A stretch of DNA of 64,000 nt from Lingula anatina. Taxonomy: Eukaryota; Animalia; Brachiopoda. A program made the position numbers and the translations under genes. This document shows, piece after piece, positions 49,301 to 61,701 of this stretch (the first letter of the stretch is position 1; the number at the start of each line of letters is the position of its first letter). The notes under the pieces were generated by a model. That model had not been told where the DNA came from, made no database searches, and saw only the letters and a list, made by a program, of their open reading frames with translations. The stretch spans positions 26,460,225 through 26,524,224 of the forward strand of contig CM120640.1 in the NCBI GenBank assembly GCA_051362555.1. Direction: 5' to 3'.

Positions 49301-50856
49301 GAAGGGCCTGGGAATCTTCAAATTATGTCTAATGACAGGCAGAAGTAGATAGAATTTCATCTGAAGTGATGTTATTGATCACCTTCCAGTTTAATACTTT
49401 CTCACATCCCGTTGTGATCTAAATGAGATACAGAAATGAAGAAAAAAGGTGTTTTGAAATTTTAATTGATAATAAATCTGTTACAGACAAATTTTTGTCA
49501 CACATTGATTGACAACTATTTTTTAATACTTTTTTACACTTTTTTTTTATCTTATTTCTTGGTTCCAAAGATTCTTACAAGAAAGTATCTCAGAATGCTT
49601 TATTAACCTATCACTGTCCTTATTGTGTTCTTGTTATCAGAATGCTTAAACAGGGAAAGTGATAGACAAATGGCATTGTTACTTAGGAAACTGCAGCAGC
49701 ACACAGAAGTATTTTATAAGAATGCTGTGGTTTCATCTTATGGTGAGGGTTTTTCTTCTATGCCACCCTTACACTTAGCATGGGAGTTCATGTTACATCA
49801 ACACCAACGTTTTTTGCATGTTTCAAATAGTAGGAGTTGGGCATGTTGCCAGCTTTAATGTTCAACTTTGAAAGCCATGTTCATTAGGTATGAAACAGCG
49901 AATAACCCCCACTTATTAAACAATACCCCACAACCTATTATCTAAATGACCTTAAAGGAAAAACAATTTTTTCAGACTGATGTTTTTTAATGGGTGGGCA
50001 TGAATGCATGTCTGCTGTAGGCATCGTGTTTCATCTTACCTCACACAACATAATGTCCTTGTATTGACAGATGCCTTCACATACTATAGTGATTATAGAT
50101 GCTGTCATCCAATGTAAACCCTGTATATTCTTCTTTAATGCCTGCATTTAGTGCTGGGTCCCCATGACAGTTGATTTTGTTATTCGTTTAGTTCATTTTT
50201 GTCAGGGCACATAAAATGTGCTTGACCAAATTGTATTTCATTATTTGATTTTTATGTAGAAATCCAATATGTGCTAAATTCCTGTTTTTTATTGATAAGA
50301 ATCATGTTTGGGAGAAGAGACTCCCATCACCCTTGACCCCATCAGTTCTTTTAATTGGAAATAAATGGACTTGCCCACCTGCGATAAAAACTGATGTCAG
50401 CTCCCCATGTGGCTCAGTGCATGGAGAAAAACTTGATGTAAGTCTGACAACTAGATTATGCACAGCGAAAAGATTAACTGATTGAGTGACAGGGCTAGTT
50501 TCTTTTTATACAAGAATGTGGGTATAAGACTCCCTGTGCATTCCATTAGAGGCTCAGATGTATCACAGAACCTGACTTGTGACTTCCTGGCAAGGAGCGA
50601 CACCAAGGTAGCTCCTCCTCCTTCTTATGAAGCACCTCATGACAGCATCAGCTTACAAACACTTAACAAGCCTCACAAGACAGTCTCAGCTATAAGCCAG
50701 GAGGAAAATATCTGAATTTTCTCATTTTTTTTCCTCACAAGGATTTTATACCTACAGAAGTAGAGGCAGAAACGGAGTGTTGTTGACTCTAGGACGGGGT
50801 GAATACCTGTCTGCAATTTGTAAACCCAGACTGCTTGTTAAATCAGAGACAGAAAA

Positions 50857-50913
50857 ATGAGAAAAGCAAATGTTACACTGTGCATTGGGATTTTCATTTC
50901 CTTAATTATATTG
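50857..50913 (+). CDS. Candidate alternative first coding exon encoding a signal peptide (MRKANVTLCIGIFISLIIL)
   Basis: aaaaATG context, basic N-region + hydrophobic core, ends at a consensus phase-0 donor TTG|gtaagt, the same phase as the ADAMTSL exon 6 donor. Confidence 0.55.
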
Positions 50914-53412
50914 GTAAGTGAGATTTTTTAAACAGAATTCTATACTGCAATTTTAGTTTATAGAACTTTTTGAAAATTTGAATGAAGAAATTGAAAAGTA
51001 CCTAAGGAACTGTAGCACAACAAGAATAACTAGGTCTATATTAGGTTCAAAGAGCATACTATATATTTAATTATGTTCTTACCCTCTTATATTGTGGACT
51101 ATTATTTTTGCATAAATATCTGTTTATGATCCATTTGTTTTGCACTTGAATAGATGGAAGGCATTCATCAGCTCAAGGTACTGCATTTTTCAACCACCTT
51201 GTCCTATCCTTATGATAGCATTGCAGTCATAGATTATCACTGTGTAAACCTCCTTTTGATTTCAAGAGGGTTTTATTAAAGGAAAGCACACCTTATTCTT
51301 TGTGTACTTTTTCATATCATAATACATGTTCAGTTCATGTTGAATGCAAACACCAGAAGACATAGTAGCTTGGAGAATTGACAGGATGTGAATAGAAAAA
51401 AACACTGATAAGGAAAGAAATAAGTTGTACTATGGGACTGATTAATGCAAAGAATCAAAGAGCAATAAACTAGTGTCAGAAATGTGTTACGTTACTTATG
51501 TACTGGATTGGCCAAATAACTTCTGTGTATGGCTCTTGAGAGCAATTATAGTGTCTTCTCTTCAAAGACATTTAATTGTTTAGAATGATAGTCAAATTAA
51601 AACCATAAAATGTTTAGAATTGAGCTTACATATCATTTTAGGAAAATTTATTCATGTCAGATAGTCAGCACATTCTCATTCTGTATCAAGTAGCTAACAG
51701 GCATGTTTGTGGTGTTAAAGAGACTAATAAAGAATAAGTGGTTACATGGGATGAAGACAGCAGCCAGGAAAAACTGCCTTTAAATGTGGGTATAAATGTT
51801 CATCCAGTTTATAAAGGCACCTGATTTGCCTACTCAACCCACCATTGCTATGTGATCAGTGGTGTTTCACATAGTTTTCATCAAGGGAGTTCATGCAGGC
51901 CTTGTGGTATGTGAAAAAAATTGAGACAAATCTGTTGTTTTGGTAGCAGAAGGCATTTCCTACCTTATAAATATACAACCCCATGCAGTTGCATAGACTT
52001 TTAATTTGTGACGATATTGCCTTATTTTAAAAGAATCTTTCCAGTAAAGTTCTATCTAAAAATTTGTACATATTTTTCAAGTAACATTTTAGTACTTGTA
52101 GTTGCGGTAAAAGAAAATTAACATTTTTTGTTAACAAACTCTATTAAGTTTTCCACCCAAAAGAAATGTCCCACGTTTTATGGGTAGATGGGAATAAAAA
52201 GTGCCTTTGAGCTCCATTATGGTGAATTGGTCCAGTGGACATGGAGTGTTGACCAGGGGCAGCACACCAGGAAATGGGCTTGCTAATTTGTAACTAAACC
52301 ATAGTGTGAAAAGCAACAAAAGTCAGGAGTTCTCATGGCGAGTGATGTAAATAAATAATGGCTAGTGTAATAGATCTTGTGTTTGTTGTCATTCACAGCA
52401 AGGTCCATGTTTCCAAACATTTTCCTGACATCACCTGGTGTGTTGTCCAGAACTTTTTACTATCTGTGTGTTCAAATGGAGAGTCGAATAAATGCGTACC
52501 CATTTTCAGTAGGTGGTGGATTTGTGGCAAAAGCCAGTAATTGTTCGAGTTCCGTTGGTCTTACATGTTGCATATATTACAGTGTCAGGTTTTCTGCTGC
52601 TTTGATTTTGTGTGCCCATGTCAGGTGTAATCTCCCTAGGTTATCAGAATGTGTGCACCATGTGACGCCTGGGATATGTAATGGGAAGAAAACATGGTGT
52701 TTTATTAAATACATGTAAGGTAACACATTTGGCAGTGTGCCTTTACTATTTGTGGTGTATAAAAAGTGTGATGCCTTTCATTGCCAGTAAGTTAAACTGA
52801 TAGAAACAAATCATTGATTGTCAAGTCCATAAGTTCATGTTTACAGCATCTGGCACTATGCCTCTGTACTAAAAAACAATACTTTGAAACCCTGGAGTTG
52901 CTGCAACAGTCTTTTGTATAAGATTATAAGAAGGTACTATACATGCTTGTGATTTTATTCAGAAGTTCATACCTAAATGCTGAACAGTTTTATGGTTGTC
53001 TTGAAATTAGGTCTGTTGATATGGTGCAAGAAAATTTGAAATGTCAATTCAATTTTTAAATTTTTGTTTAGCAGATGTGAACCAATAAGGCTGTCTTGTT
53101 TGATTAAAGTATGGTATGTCTAGTGCAGTAATGAGCTGAATGACCATTATCAGTGAAAAATTTATGATCACACTTGTCAATTGTCCAAATTGACCATTCC
53201 ATGTGCTGAAGACATTACAGTAAGTTAATTGAATTATAGAACAATAATTGCCAAAAGGAAATATTTGATGTATGAATCAACTATGAAGTGGTGACTTGGG
53301 TAAAAATATGTTTCTGACCAAAGCAGGACATTATGAATGTGAAAATCTGATGTTTTAATGTTGGAATCAACACATTCCTTGCTCAGGAAATGTATGAAAA
53401 ACTGTTCCCTAG

Positions 53413-53626
53413 GGAGGCATTCCCATAGATTTTAGATCGATCTATCCCCGTGGGGAGTCTCACTAGATTACTATCAGATAATCCGGCTTAAATGTCCGTC
53501 CCGCCTACTACAAGCTGTAAGGGGGTAATTAACTTTCATGCCCGCTCGGCTGACAGCTATTTAGCGTGAACCCCCAGGGAGTTAGGTCGATCTAGTTGGA
53601 TCAATCTAATCTCTGGGAATGGGGTC
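53413..53626. mobile_element. MITE family A copy
   Basis: Reverse complement of the 34066 copy; right end gggaatggggtc|taa. Confidence 0.92.
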
Positions 53627-55008
53627 TAAGTCTTCAACTTGCTAATTTTCAGTCCACCTGTCCAGGTAGTTGCACAGTAATCAATCACACGCAGGGATGG
53701 AGAGATTCCTTGAATATGTGTAATTGCTTCTTTCATCTTCTGTAATGGATGTGTAAAGTAAATGTCAGGGATTCTGTATAGATGTTTGAAATGTGTGAAC
53801 CAGCTCATCTTTTTATTGCATTAATATTATGGTGACATTTAAGTTCATTACACCATAACCTAGACTTCCCAGTTCGTTATTATGCACTGCCTGGTATGAC
53901 AGCCACATACATTTCATTGAAAAATTGAAAAATCTGACTTTTATTCTATGTTGTTCCCCACAATAATTTTGTCTAATTCTTTAATTAACTTCATTATAAA
54001 CAGAAAAAAATCAAAATTAGTCAAAGTATGTGGACTTGTCACACAGAACAGACACCAATTCATATACAAAATAACTTGTATCTTGAAGAAAGGTTTCAAA
54101 TCACCTTCCCATTCACTTCTTGATATCTATTCTCTGATATAAAAGTGACACATCAAGTCAATCTTTTTACCTCAGCTAACCTTGGATTACTTTAAATCTT
54201 TTTGAACTCTTAACAATGATTTTTAATTTGTAAATATTTTGATAGTTATCTTCCTGAAAAGACCGAAATGCCAGGTATGTTGATTTCACACTAAATGTGT
54301 AAGTGACACCACTCTCTTTTTTTTATCAACATTGTGTTCAGAAGACACACCAGCACCGGCTGTAAGGGAATATCCTCACTGGTGAGATCTGATACATAAT
54401 TACATCCAAGCTTATCCAGTCCATGCAGGTGCTCATTGACTGTTTCTCCAGCCCTTTGTCCATTATTTTGGCCAATGAATTATTCTGCTAAGGATGGAAT
54501 GCCCTGCACTTGGATTGATGTCATTGAACTCATACTAGATAATCTTTGCTTATGTGGCTGAGTCTGTCACTCTGTCCATCTCTCTGTCTGTCATAGTCTG
54601 ACCATCTGTTTGTTGGTCGGTTGTTCAGCCAGTCTTTTATTCAGTATAAAAAAATGATGTTCAGCTGCAGTGTGTAAGGTTATCCACATGCTTCATTTAT
54701 CATATGGTAAACAGAAAGTAGAAACTAATAGTAACTAATAGATTTCAATTTTAAGTCATGGTCAAAAGTTCAGTTTCACAATGAAGTTAAGCTGGACATG
54801 TTGGATACACCTTCCACATGTCACCTAATTTCCTTCTTCTGTCAGTAAGAACTTACTTATGAGTTTGCTTACTTATGAAGTATATGCTATGTTTAGAATT
54901 TGAACCTGTCTGTTTTTGAAGTAATTATCACTGTCATATTTCTTTTAACCAAGAGATTATAAGAAAATAAACAGTATTTTAAATAAACATTTTAGAAAAA
55001 ATTAATAA

Positions 55009-55554
55009 GAGCGCATTCTCAACGAATTAAGCCAGGCTTTACAAAGCCGGTGACCTAAAAATGGCGGACGTACATGAAAGAAAAACCGCCTAATCTTTTA
55101 ATAGTCTCTCCGCCTCCCCACACGTCGTCCCTGCAGGGTACAGTAATTAAATCGCGTCTCTGTTCGCCATGCGGAAGCTACCTGAGAAATATTAAGTGCG
55201 CATGCTCATCAGTTAAACTCGTGGTGAAGAAAGCATGGCGGCTGAAGGCGATCGAAGGAAAAAAGCTCTTCTGTTCTATTATCTTTGAAAACAGAGACGA
55301 AAAAGGAATAATTTGGCCCGTAGAGCAGCAATGAATCGACTATCTACGGAGATAATATCACCAGAGATATTCACGGAAATATTAATGTTCGGAGCCGAGA
55401 TTTAATTACTGTACCCCGCAGGGACAACGTGTGGGGAGGCGTGTGAGAGGCGGAGAGACTATTAAAAGATTAGGCGGTTTTTCTTTCATGTACGTTCGCC
55501 ATTTTTAGGTCACCGGCTTTGTAAAGCCTGGCTTAATTCGTTGAGAATGCGCTC
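55009..55554. mobile_element. Harbinger-like foldback MITE family D (546 bp), young
   Basis: taa|gagcgcattctcaacg ... cgttgagaatgcgctc|taa; ~135-bp near-perfect TIRs; CpGs intact inside a CpG-poor intron. Confidence 0.93.
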
Positions 55555-57559
55555 TAAGGATCCTAGGTCTATTAAACCAGAATCTTTTATCTTAGCCTCA
55601 AAGACTAGACAGTACCAAGTTCTCATTAATACAGAACTTGATATGAAGGTATTGGCACCAAAACGGTCCTGTTTATCATATCAGTTCACCCTATCACCTT
55701 GTTCCTCAGGATTGCTCTCTGACAGTAATCTGTTGCCATGCAGCCCATGTCTGTGTGGTCACTTTATCCACAATGAACCCTGTGACCACATGTCAAGTAC
55801 AAATACACTAGGGGGTTAACAAGCATACTTCTAATATAACGGTTTAATCAAAAACAAATGGAGACATCAAAGACAAATGCTTTCAAAAGAATGCTTCCTC
55901 AAATTCTATTAATTTGGTTTGGAAATAGTGATATCTTCCTATCCCGAGTCTGTATTGCATTGTGTCATTGTTTTTTAAGGCTGTTAAATGGAAACAATGC
56001 TTGTGGGTGTTTATACTTGTTATTTTTCTAAACCTTATTGAATAGAAGAGTATGATTGTGGGCAGCTGAGAGACTGGGTACTTATACCAGAACTTGTTTG
56101 TATATATGTAAAACAGCTTTAGTGATAGCATGCTTCTGATACCAAATTCTATGTTTTCTTTAATTGAATGTGTGAGAAAGATAAAAAATGTAAGGCATTT
56201 TCAGATATGATTAATTCTGAATATTTACAGAATGCTTTTTCTCGATCAATAGTATCACATTTAATGTATTTTGATACTTTTTTCTCTCCCTGTGATCATG
56301 CGACTAGTGGATAGTAATGGCTTTGATTAACCACTTTTATGCCTGAAGATTTTTTATGCACTCAAAAAGTCATCATAGTTATACTCTATAATGAGTCTGA
56401 AGCGAAAAAAGCACTGGTGTTGAAAAGTATCCCAATAAAAAGGCCATTAACATTTTATCCCTGCCCTCTTTGCCCTACTGAATTAAGGCTCTGTAATTAC
56501 AAAAGTATGGTAGATATCCTAGTAGTAGTTAGTTTGGATTCTATGAAGGCATATGGACATGAAGTCTTTGAAGCGCTCTGTTACTGTTTCTACTCCAACA
56601 GTTTATTGAGGTAAACAACATTAAAATAGCACCATAAAATGCATCATATTGTCTGTAGGTAATAATCATGTGTTGCTGTCAGACTGTAGTATCCTGTCCC
56701 CTGCCTGTCCCATATGCAATGTGACAAGGCTATGCACTCTATCATCAGCTGAAACAACCAACGCTGCAGGAAGGCCCCACCACTTTTAAAATGTTCCACC
56801 AAGCACGAAATTTGAAGGACAAGAGAAGGGTCTATTAAGCATCAATTAGGTACAGGAGTCTTTCAAACATCTGCCAAAAAAACTGACTGTTGTTTTTTTT
56901 CCACATTTTTTTGGTACATATAACTAAATTAGCATGTCTGTGAGTGACCATTCTGTAGAAGAGCGTGGCATAATTGATGGTGACGACTGGGTCTGCTGGA
57001 GTACTTACACTGACATTAGTTCTGTTATTGTTGAATGGGAGGGCACAACCTGTGGTGATATCCAGGGTGCAACCCTGCTCGAAATTATAAAAAAGATAAT
57101 GCTTCAAAAAAAAAAAAAAAAAAAAAAGAAAGGTTAAGCTATGGGGTATGTTCTTCTAAGTCTATGGAACATTTTATTTCCTTATATGCTGAAGATTTGG
57201 CATATCATTTTATCACTGTACCAGTCTGTTTTGTATGTCACAGGAGACCAAGTAATGGGGGTCAGAACAATGAACTGTCTTGATTACTGTCACAGGGACA
57301 GTGCCTGGGTGGTTCTTTAAATAGTGACCAACCCTGTGATAGACCTTACACTTCAGCACAGGGCCGCAATACAGAAATGTGTACACAGCTAGTGAATAGC
57401 CAGAGAAATATCTGTGAATACCCAGTGAAAAGAATTCTCTCTGTGACCCTGGTAGAGGGTTTCATTTTTTCATTTTTGTCTGGGGACAGAAAGTGCAACC
57501 CCATTATCTAATATGAGAATCCATCTAAATTGTTCAACCCCGGGATATCCTGATACTTA

Positions 57560-57774
57560 GGCTCTGTTCTCACAACTTTTAGATCGATCTATCACCGCGG
57601 GGAGTCTCACTAGATTACTGTCAGATAATCCCCCTTAAGTGTCCGTCCCCGCCTACTACAAGCTTTAAGGGGTAATTAACTTTCGTGTCCGCCCGGCTGA
57701 CAGCTATTTAGCGTGAACCCCCAGGGAGTTAGGTCGATCCAATGTAGGTCGATCTAATCTATGAGAATGGGGTG
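57560..57774. mobile_element. MITE family A copy
   Basis: tta|ggctctgttctc ... gagaatggggtg|tta; same core as the 53413 copy. Confidence 0.92.
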
Positions 57775-60700
57775 TTAAAGATATCCCAGGATTCCTTACA
57801 CATGATTCAGTTGTACATGTTTACTGTACATCTTTACTTTTTTTCAGTGCTCTTGATTCAGATTCAAAGTTGGAACTTTTGTACTTCAGGAAAGTTCTTA
57901 AAAAGTGACAAAGAGAGTAACAAAATTCATGGTATTTTTTCCCCAAAGAAGCATTGTAAACATGTGTAATGTGGTGTGGGTTGATAGATAAACTACACTT
58001 AGCAGCTCCAGCTGCCAGCAGGTGCACAGCACATCTATACTGTTTAGTTATCAAACTTTAAGTGTTTTTGCATATGCATTTAATATATTTTTCCGCCCTT
58101 TTAGTGTGTGATGAGAGCTAATATCGGTGAGCTTTAGGGCAGGCTGGTAACAAATTGAAACTAAACTTTGGCAGTTTTATGACTTTTGTCGCTGATTGTA
58201 TGTTAATGAAATGGGACATGAGGAAACAGACAGTAAAATCAGATGAACTTTAGAATTGTGGCATTTTTATGAGAAAATTATATTTCTATTAAAGTTACTG
58301 GCTCAGATGGTATTGCAACTTTCCACTGTTCTGTTTCTCTTGACAAGTAAACAATATCCTAGGAATTGCCTAATAAAATATTTGATTTGGTTCAAAATAT
58401 TTTAATGCAATTCTGATTCAAAGACAATCAGGAGAATTAATATGCATATTATATATATATAATATATTTTTTAAGTCAATTTTATTGTCACACATTATTT
58501 GCTGATTCAGATTAAAAATCATTCTGGTCAGAAAGAAACAATTTAGTAGAGCAGCTTGAATACTGTGAGGAAGAGCCAGCATATTGAATCAATCAGACCA
58601 TTTAATTGGTTTAGCCTGGCTGTGGGAGGGCAGACCGTCTGATTACAGACAGTGGCTGAAAGGTAATTGGCCATGTAATGTGTAAGTCCAGTATTGCACA
58701 AGCCACTGACGGTCCATTCCAACCTCAGTGCTTGCATGCCAACATTACACCCCAATATATAGCTTTTGATCACTGAGTGGATGTTAAATCAAGCTGGACT
58801 TCCATTTACGTGAAAAGAATAAAATCTTGAACTGTAACGAGATTTGCAAGAATTCAGTGGTAGACTAAATTCTGTTGATACACAGGAAAGAATATGTCCT
58901 CGAGTACCTGAATGATATCTTTGAAGCTTATAATGATAATAAACATTACCCCATTAATTTTGCTTCAAATACAGTATATAACTTAATACTGCTCAAAAAA
59001 GACCCCACTGGGTAACAGACTATATTGTGTGTTAGACATCACTGTGAATGGTATCACTGTGAATGGTGATTTGTGTTCAAGAGTAGCGGTAGCATTTGAT
59101 CCAAGTTATAAATACTTTAATGATGACATTTTCCCTCCTGTCTAGACACATGTCACATCATTCATCACTTTTGTAAATTATTACTACTTATGTTACAATT
59201 TGAGGAATATAACATGACTTTGCTTTGAAATTTGACAGGGGTATTTGTACTTTTTAAATCATATCCATGTCTTTGTAGATAGATAGCTTTTTTCATTGAC
59301 TTTTAACCCAAATTACATATATAAAATGTATAATTAATGTAGCAAAGACTAAGATCAAACTGACAGAAATGAAAAATGTCTTTTCTGTGCCATATCGCAT
59401 TTCAAGAGATGTAAGATAAGATTGTAGCCAGTTGAAATGGAATAGCCCTAAAACCAATTGACATTTTTAAGGAGGAGGTACCATTCAGCTCTCCTCAGGT
59501 ACTTGGTGCACCTTTTTATCACAGAAAACTCCATAGATTATTTCTTCTCCCTATCAATTCAGATAATAGCCTGCTTGATGACATGGTGAATTGCCTTTAG
59601 TATCACTTTAATTACTCTCATCTGTAGGTTAAACAGCTACAATGATACACATTGTCAGGGATGAGTTGGCAGGACAAGCTTGCTCTTTGCTGTGAATACC
59701 AATGCCTTTTTTTTCTTGCATTTTTCTCAGTAGGGATTTTTTTTACCTATTAAGATGCCTTCTTAAATGACAGAGGAAATCTGGTGTAAGAGATAAACAA
59801 ATATAAAAAGGATGTTATTTGTGGAAAATATTTTTAACTTATAGGAGAACATATTAGAATTAAGTTTGTGTCATTTGACATAACATATATTACTTCACTG
59901 ATGAACTGCATCTCTTTGACAACACCTGTGCCTTTAAAAACATCCGTAATTAATGGGCATATAGAGAAAACAATACTATCAAGTCATACTTAATTTTGTG
60001 GCTTCGACTGTGAATGGGTGCACATTCTTTAATGGGCAAGCAACATCCCAACCATTTCATAGCACGACAGGATCATTATCTCCCTTGATCTACTACAACC
60101 CAGAAGGATGATTTAATTTAGAATGAATTAATCAGTTACTCTGGCAGCTTTGACCACCTAAGCTCTAACATAGTCTTTTTATCTCTGTTTCTAAGTGTGT
60201 CTGTCAAACATGAATGGGGAGGAAGGGACAATTGAATGAAGTAGCTTTGAATAAACTGGGTAAACTGTTATGCTGAAAGTAAACTGAGGAGGGAGTTTCT
60301 ACTTGAGCTGGGATGCGTGATGACAGCCCTGGGGACAGAGGCAGGTGAAAGATCACCTGGGTCAATTAAATAGCAGCTAGAAGCAGCAATTTTGGGAGAT
60401 AGTCTTTCTGTGCTCAAATTTAAGGCATAGATACTCTGTTCTCAAAATAAAGGCAGTGGAAATGTAGTTATGGTGGCTTATCTTTTATAGATAAGTTTTT
60501 AAAGTATGTATGATAATTGGACTTTATGTAATAAAGAAAATGAAATTGCATATACTAATTGCATTTATGTATTCTTGCATTTAAATCTCTTAGTGTTGAT
60601 AAAATATTATGTTTTTGTTTTTTAGTTTTGTATGCAGCAATACCAAGTTTTCTAAATATTGAAAAACTGAAGACTGTTTGCTCACATAATGAGCTCTCTG

Positions 60701-61334
60701 CTGAGGCATAGCTGTTTTCCAGTTAAAAAGTTGAAAATGCTTATTTAGGAAAAAAAATCTATAGCAGGTGTAAATGAGGTTATTGGCTGCAAATGACTAC
60801 AAAGTTTGGCCCTGACCCTGGCTTCCTTTTGTACTTGACCAGTATGAGATCAAGAGTTCCGTGTTCGCTATGATAAAAAAACTAGATGTGGAGAAAAGAC
60901 AATGATAGAATGGTACAGGGACAGCAAATGTCTTGTTCAGTAGTTGTTAGCCATGCAATGGTTGACTGGGGTATTGGATAATTTCATTGAAAGTTCCCAT
61001 GGAGTAAGTTTGAAATACCTAGTACAATAGTTTCATTGAGAACACACACTACTGTATGATGCCCTGTATGTGATACAAAATAGCACGTTATGCTGGGAAA
61101 AGTGTATGGTGGTTGTAATCTCACTGAAGCTGAATAAAATTTCAATATATTGGAAGTCAGGGAAAATATATTTCTTGTAAAGGTCAAGTCTAGTGTTATT
61201 ATAAGAGAGAGATTGAAATTGATATTAAAATGTGCAGCAGAAGACACATTTATCAGCTTTCCTATGGGATTGCTGGTGAAACTGTAAAAAGCCTCGAATC
61301 TTGCCACCCCTGCCATTTGGAGCATGACTATTAT

Positions 61335-61701
61335 AGAGATAACTACTCTTCATATGAGATTCAGTATTCCACAATAAATACATTGTAAACAACACAGAAA
61401 TATAATTAATTCTATTCCAAAACCAAAATGGCAGTTAATGCAGTTTGAAATCTGTGCTTGCCAATGGACCATGTGAAGCTTCATAGATGGCTACCCTCCA
61501 TAATAATATCCTTCAAGATAATTAATTTTAAAAAATCCAAAAAAAAAAAAAAAAAACATAAAAAAACAAAACAATTGACTAACTTTGAATATCAGAATAG
61601 ATTCATTAACCATTAAATTGGTAACTGTGGGAACATCGGCATTTACCCCAGGAAAATCTATTTATGGCACTTTTCCCACCAAATAAAGAGTTGTTATCCC
61701 T
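61335..61701. mobile_element. Family B copy, inverted orientation
   Basis: agagataactactcttcatatga ... aagagttgttatccct|ttaa; interior matches the reverse complement of the other two copies, with an expanded A tract. Confidence 0.82.

Noticed and set aside
54246-54274. 29-nt AG..GT micro-exon candidate in the large intron
   Set aside because: Stop codon in phase 0 and a frame-shifting length; no protein motif support.
56934-57137. 67-aa ORF running into a poly(A) tract (retrocopy?)
   Set aside because: No recognisable protein similarity, no TSD; A tracts are common in this window.
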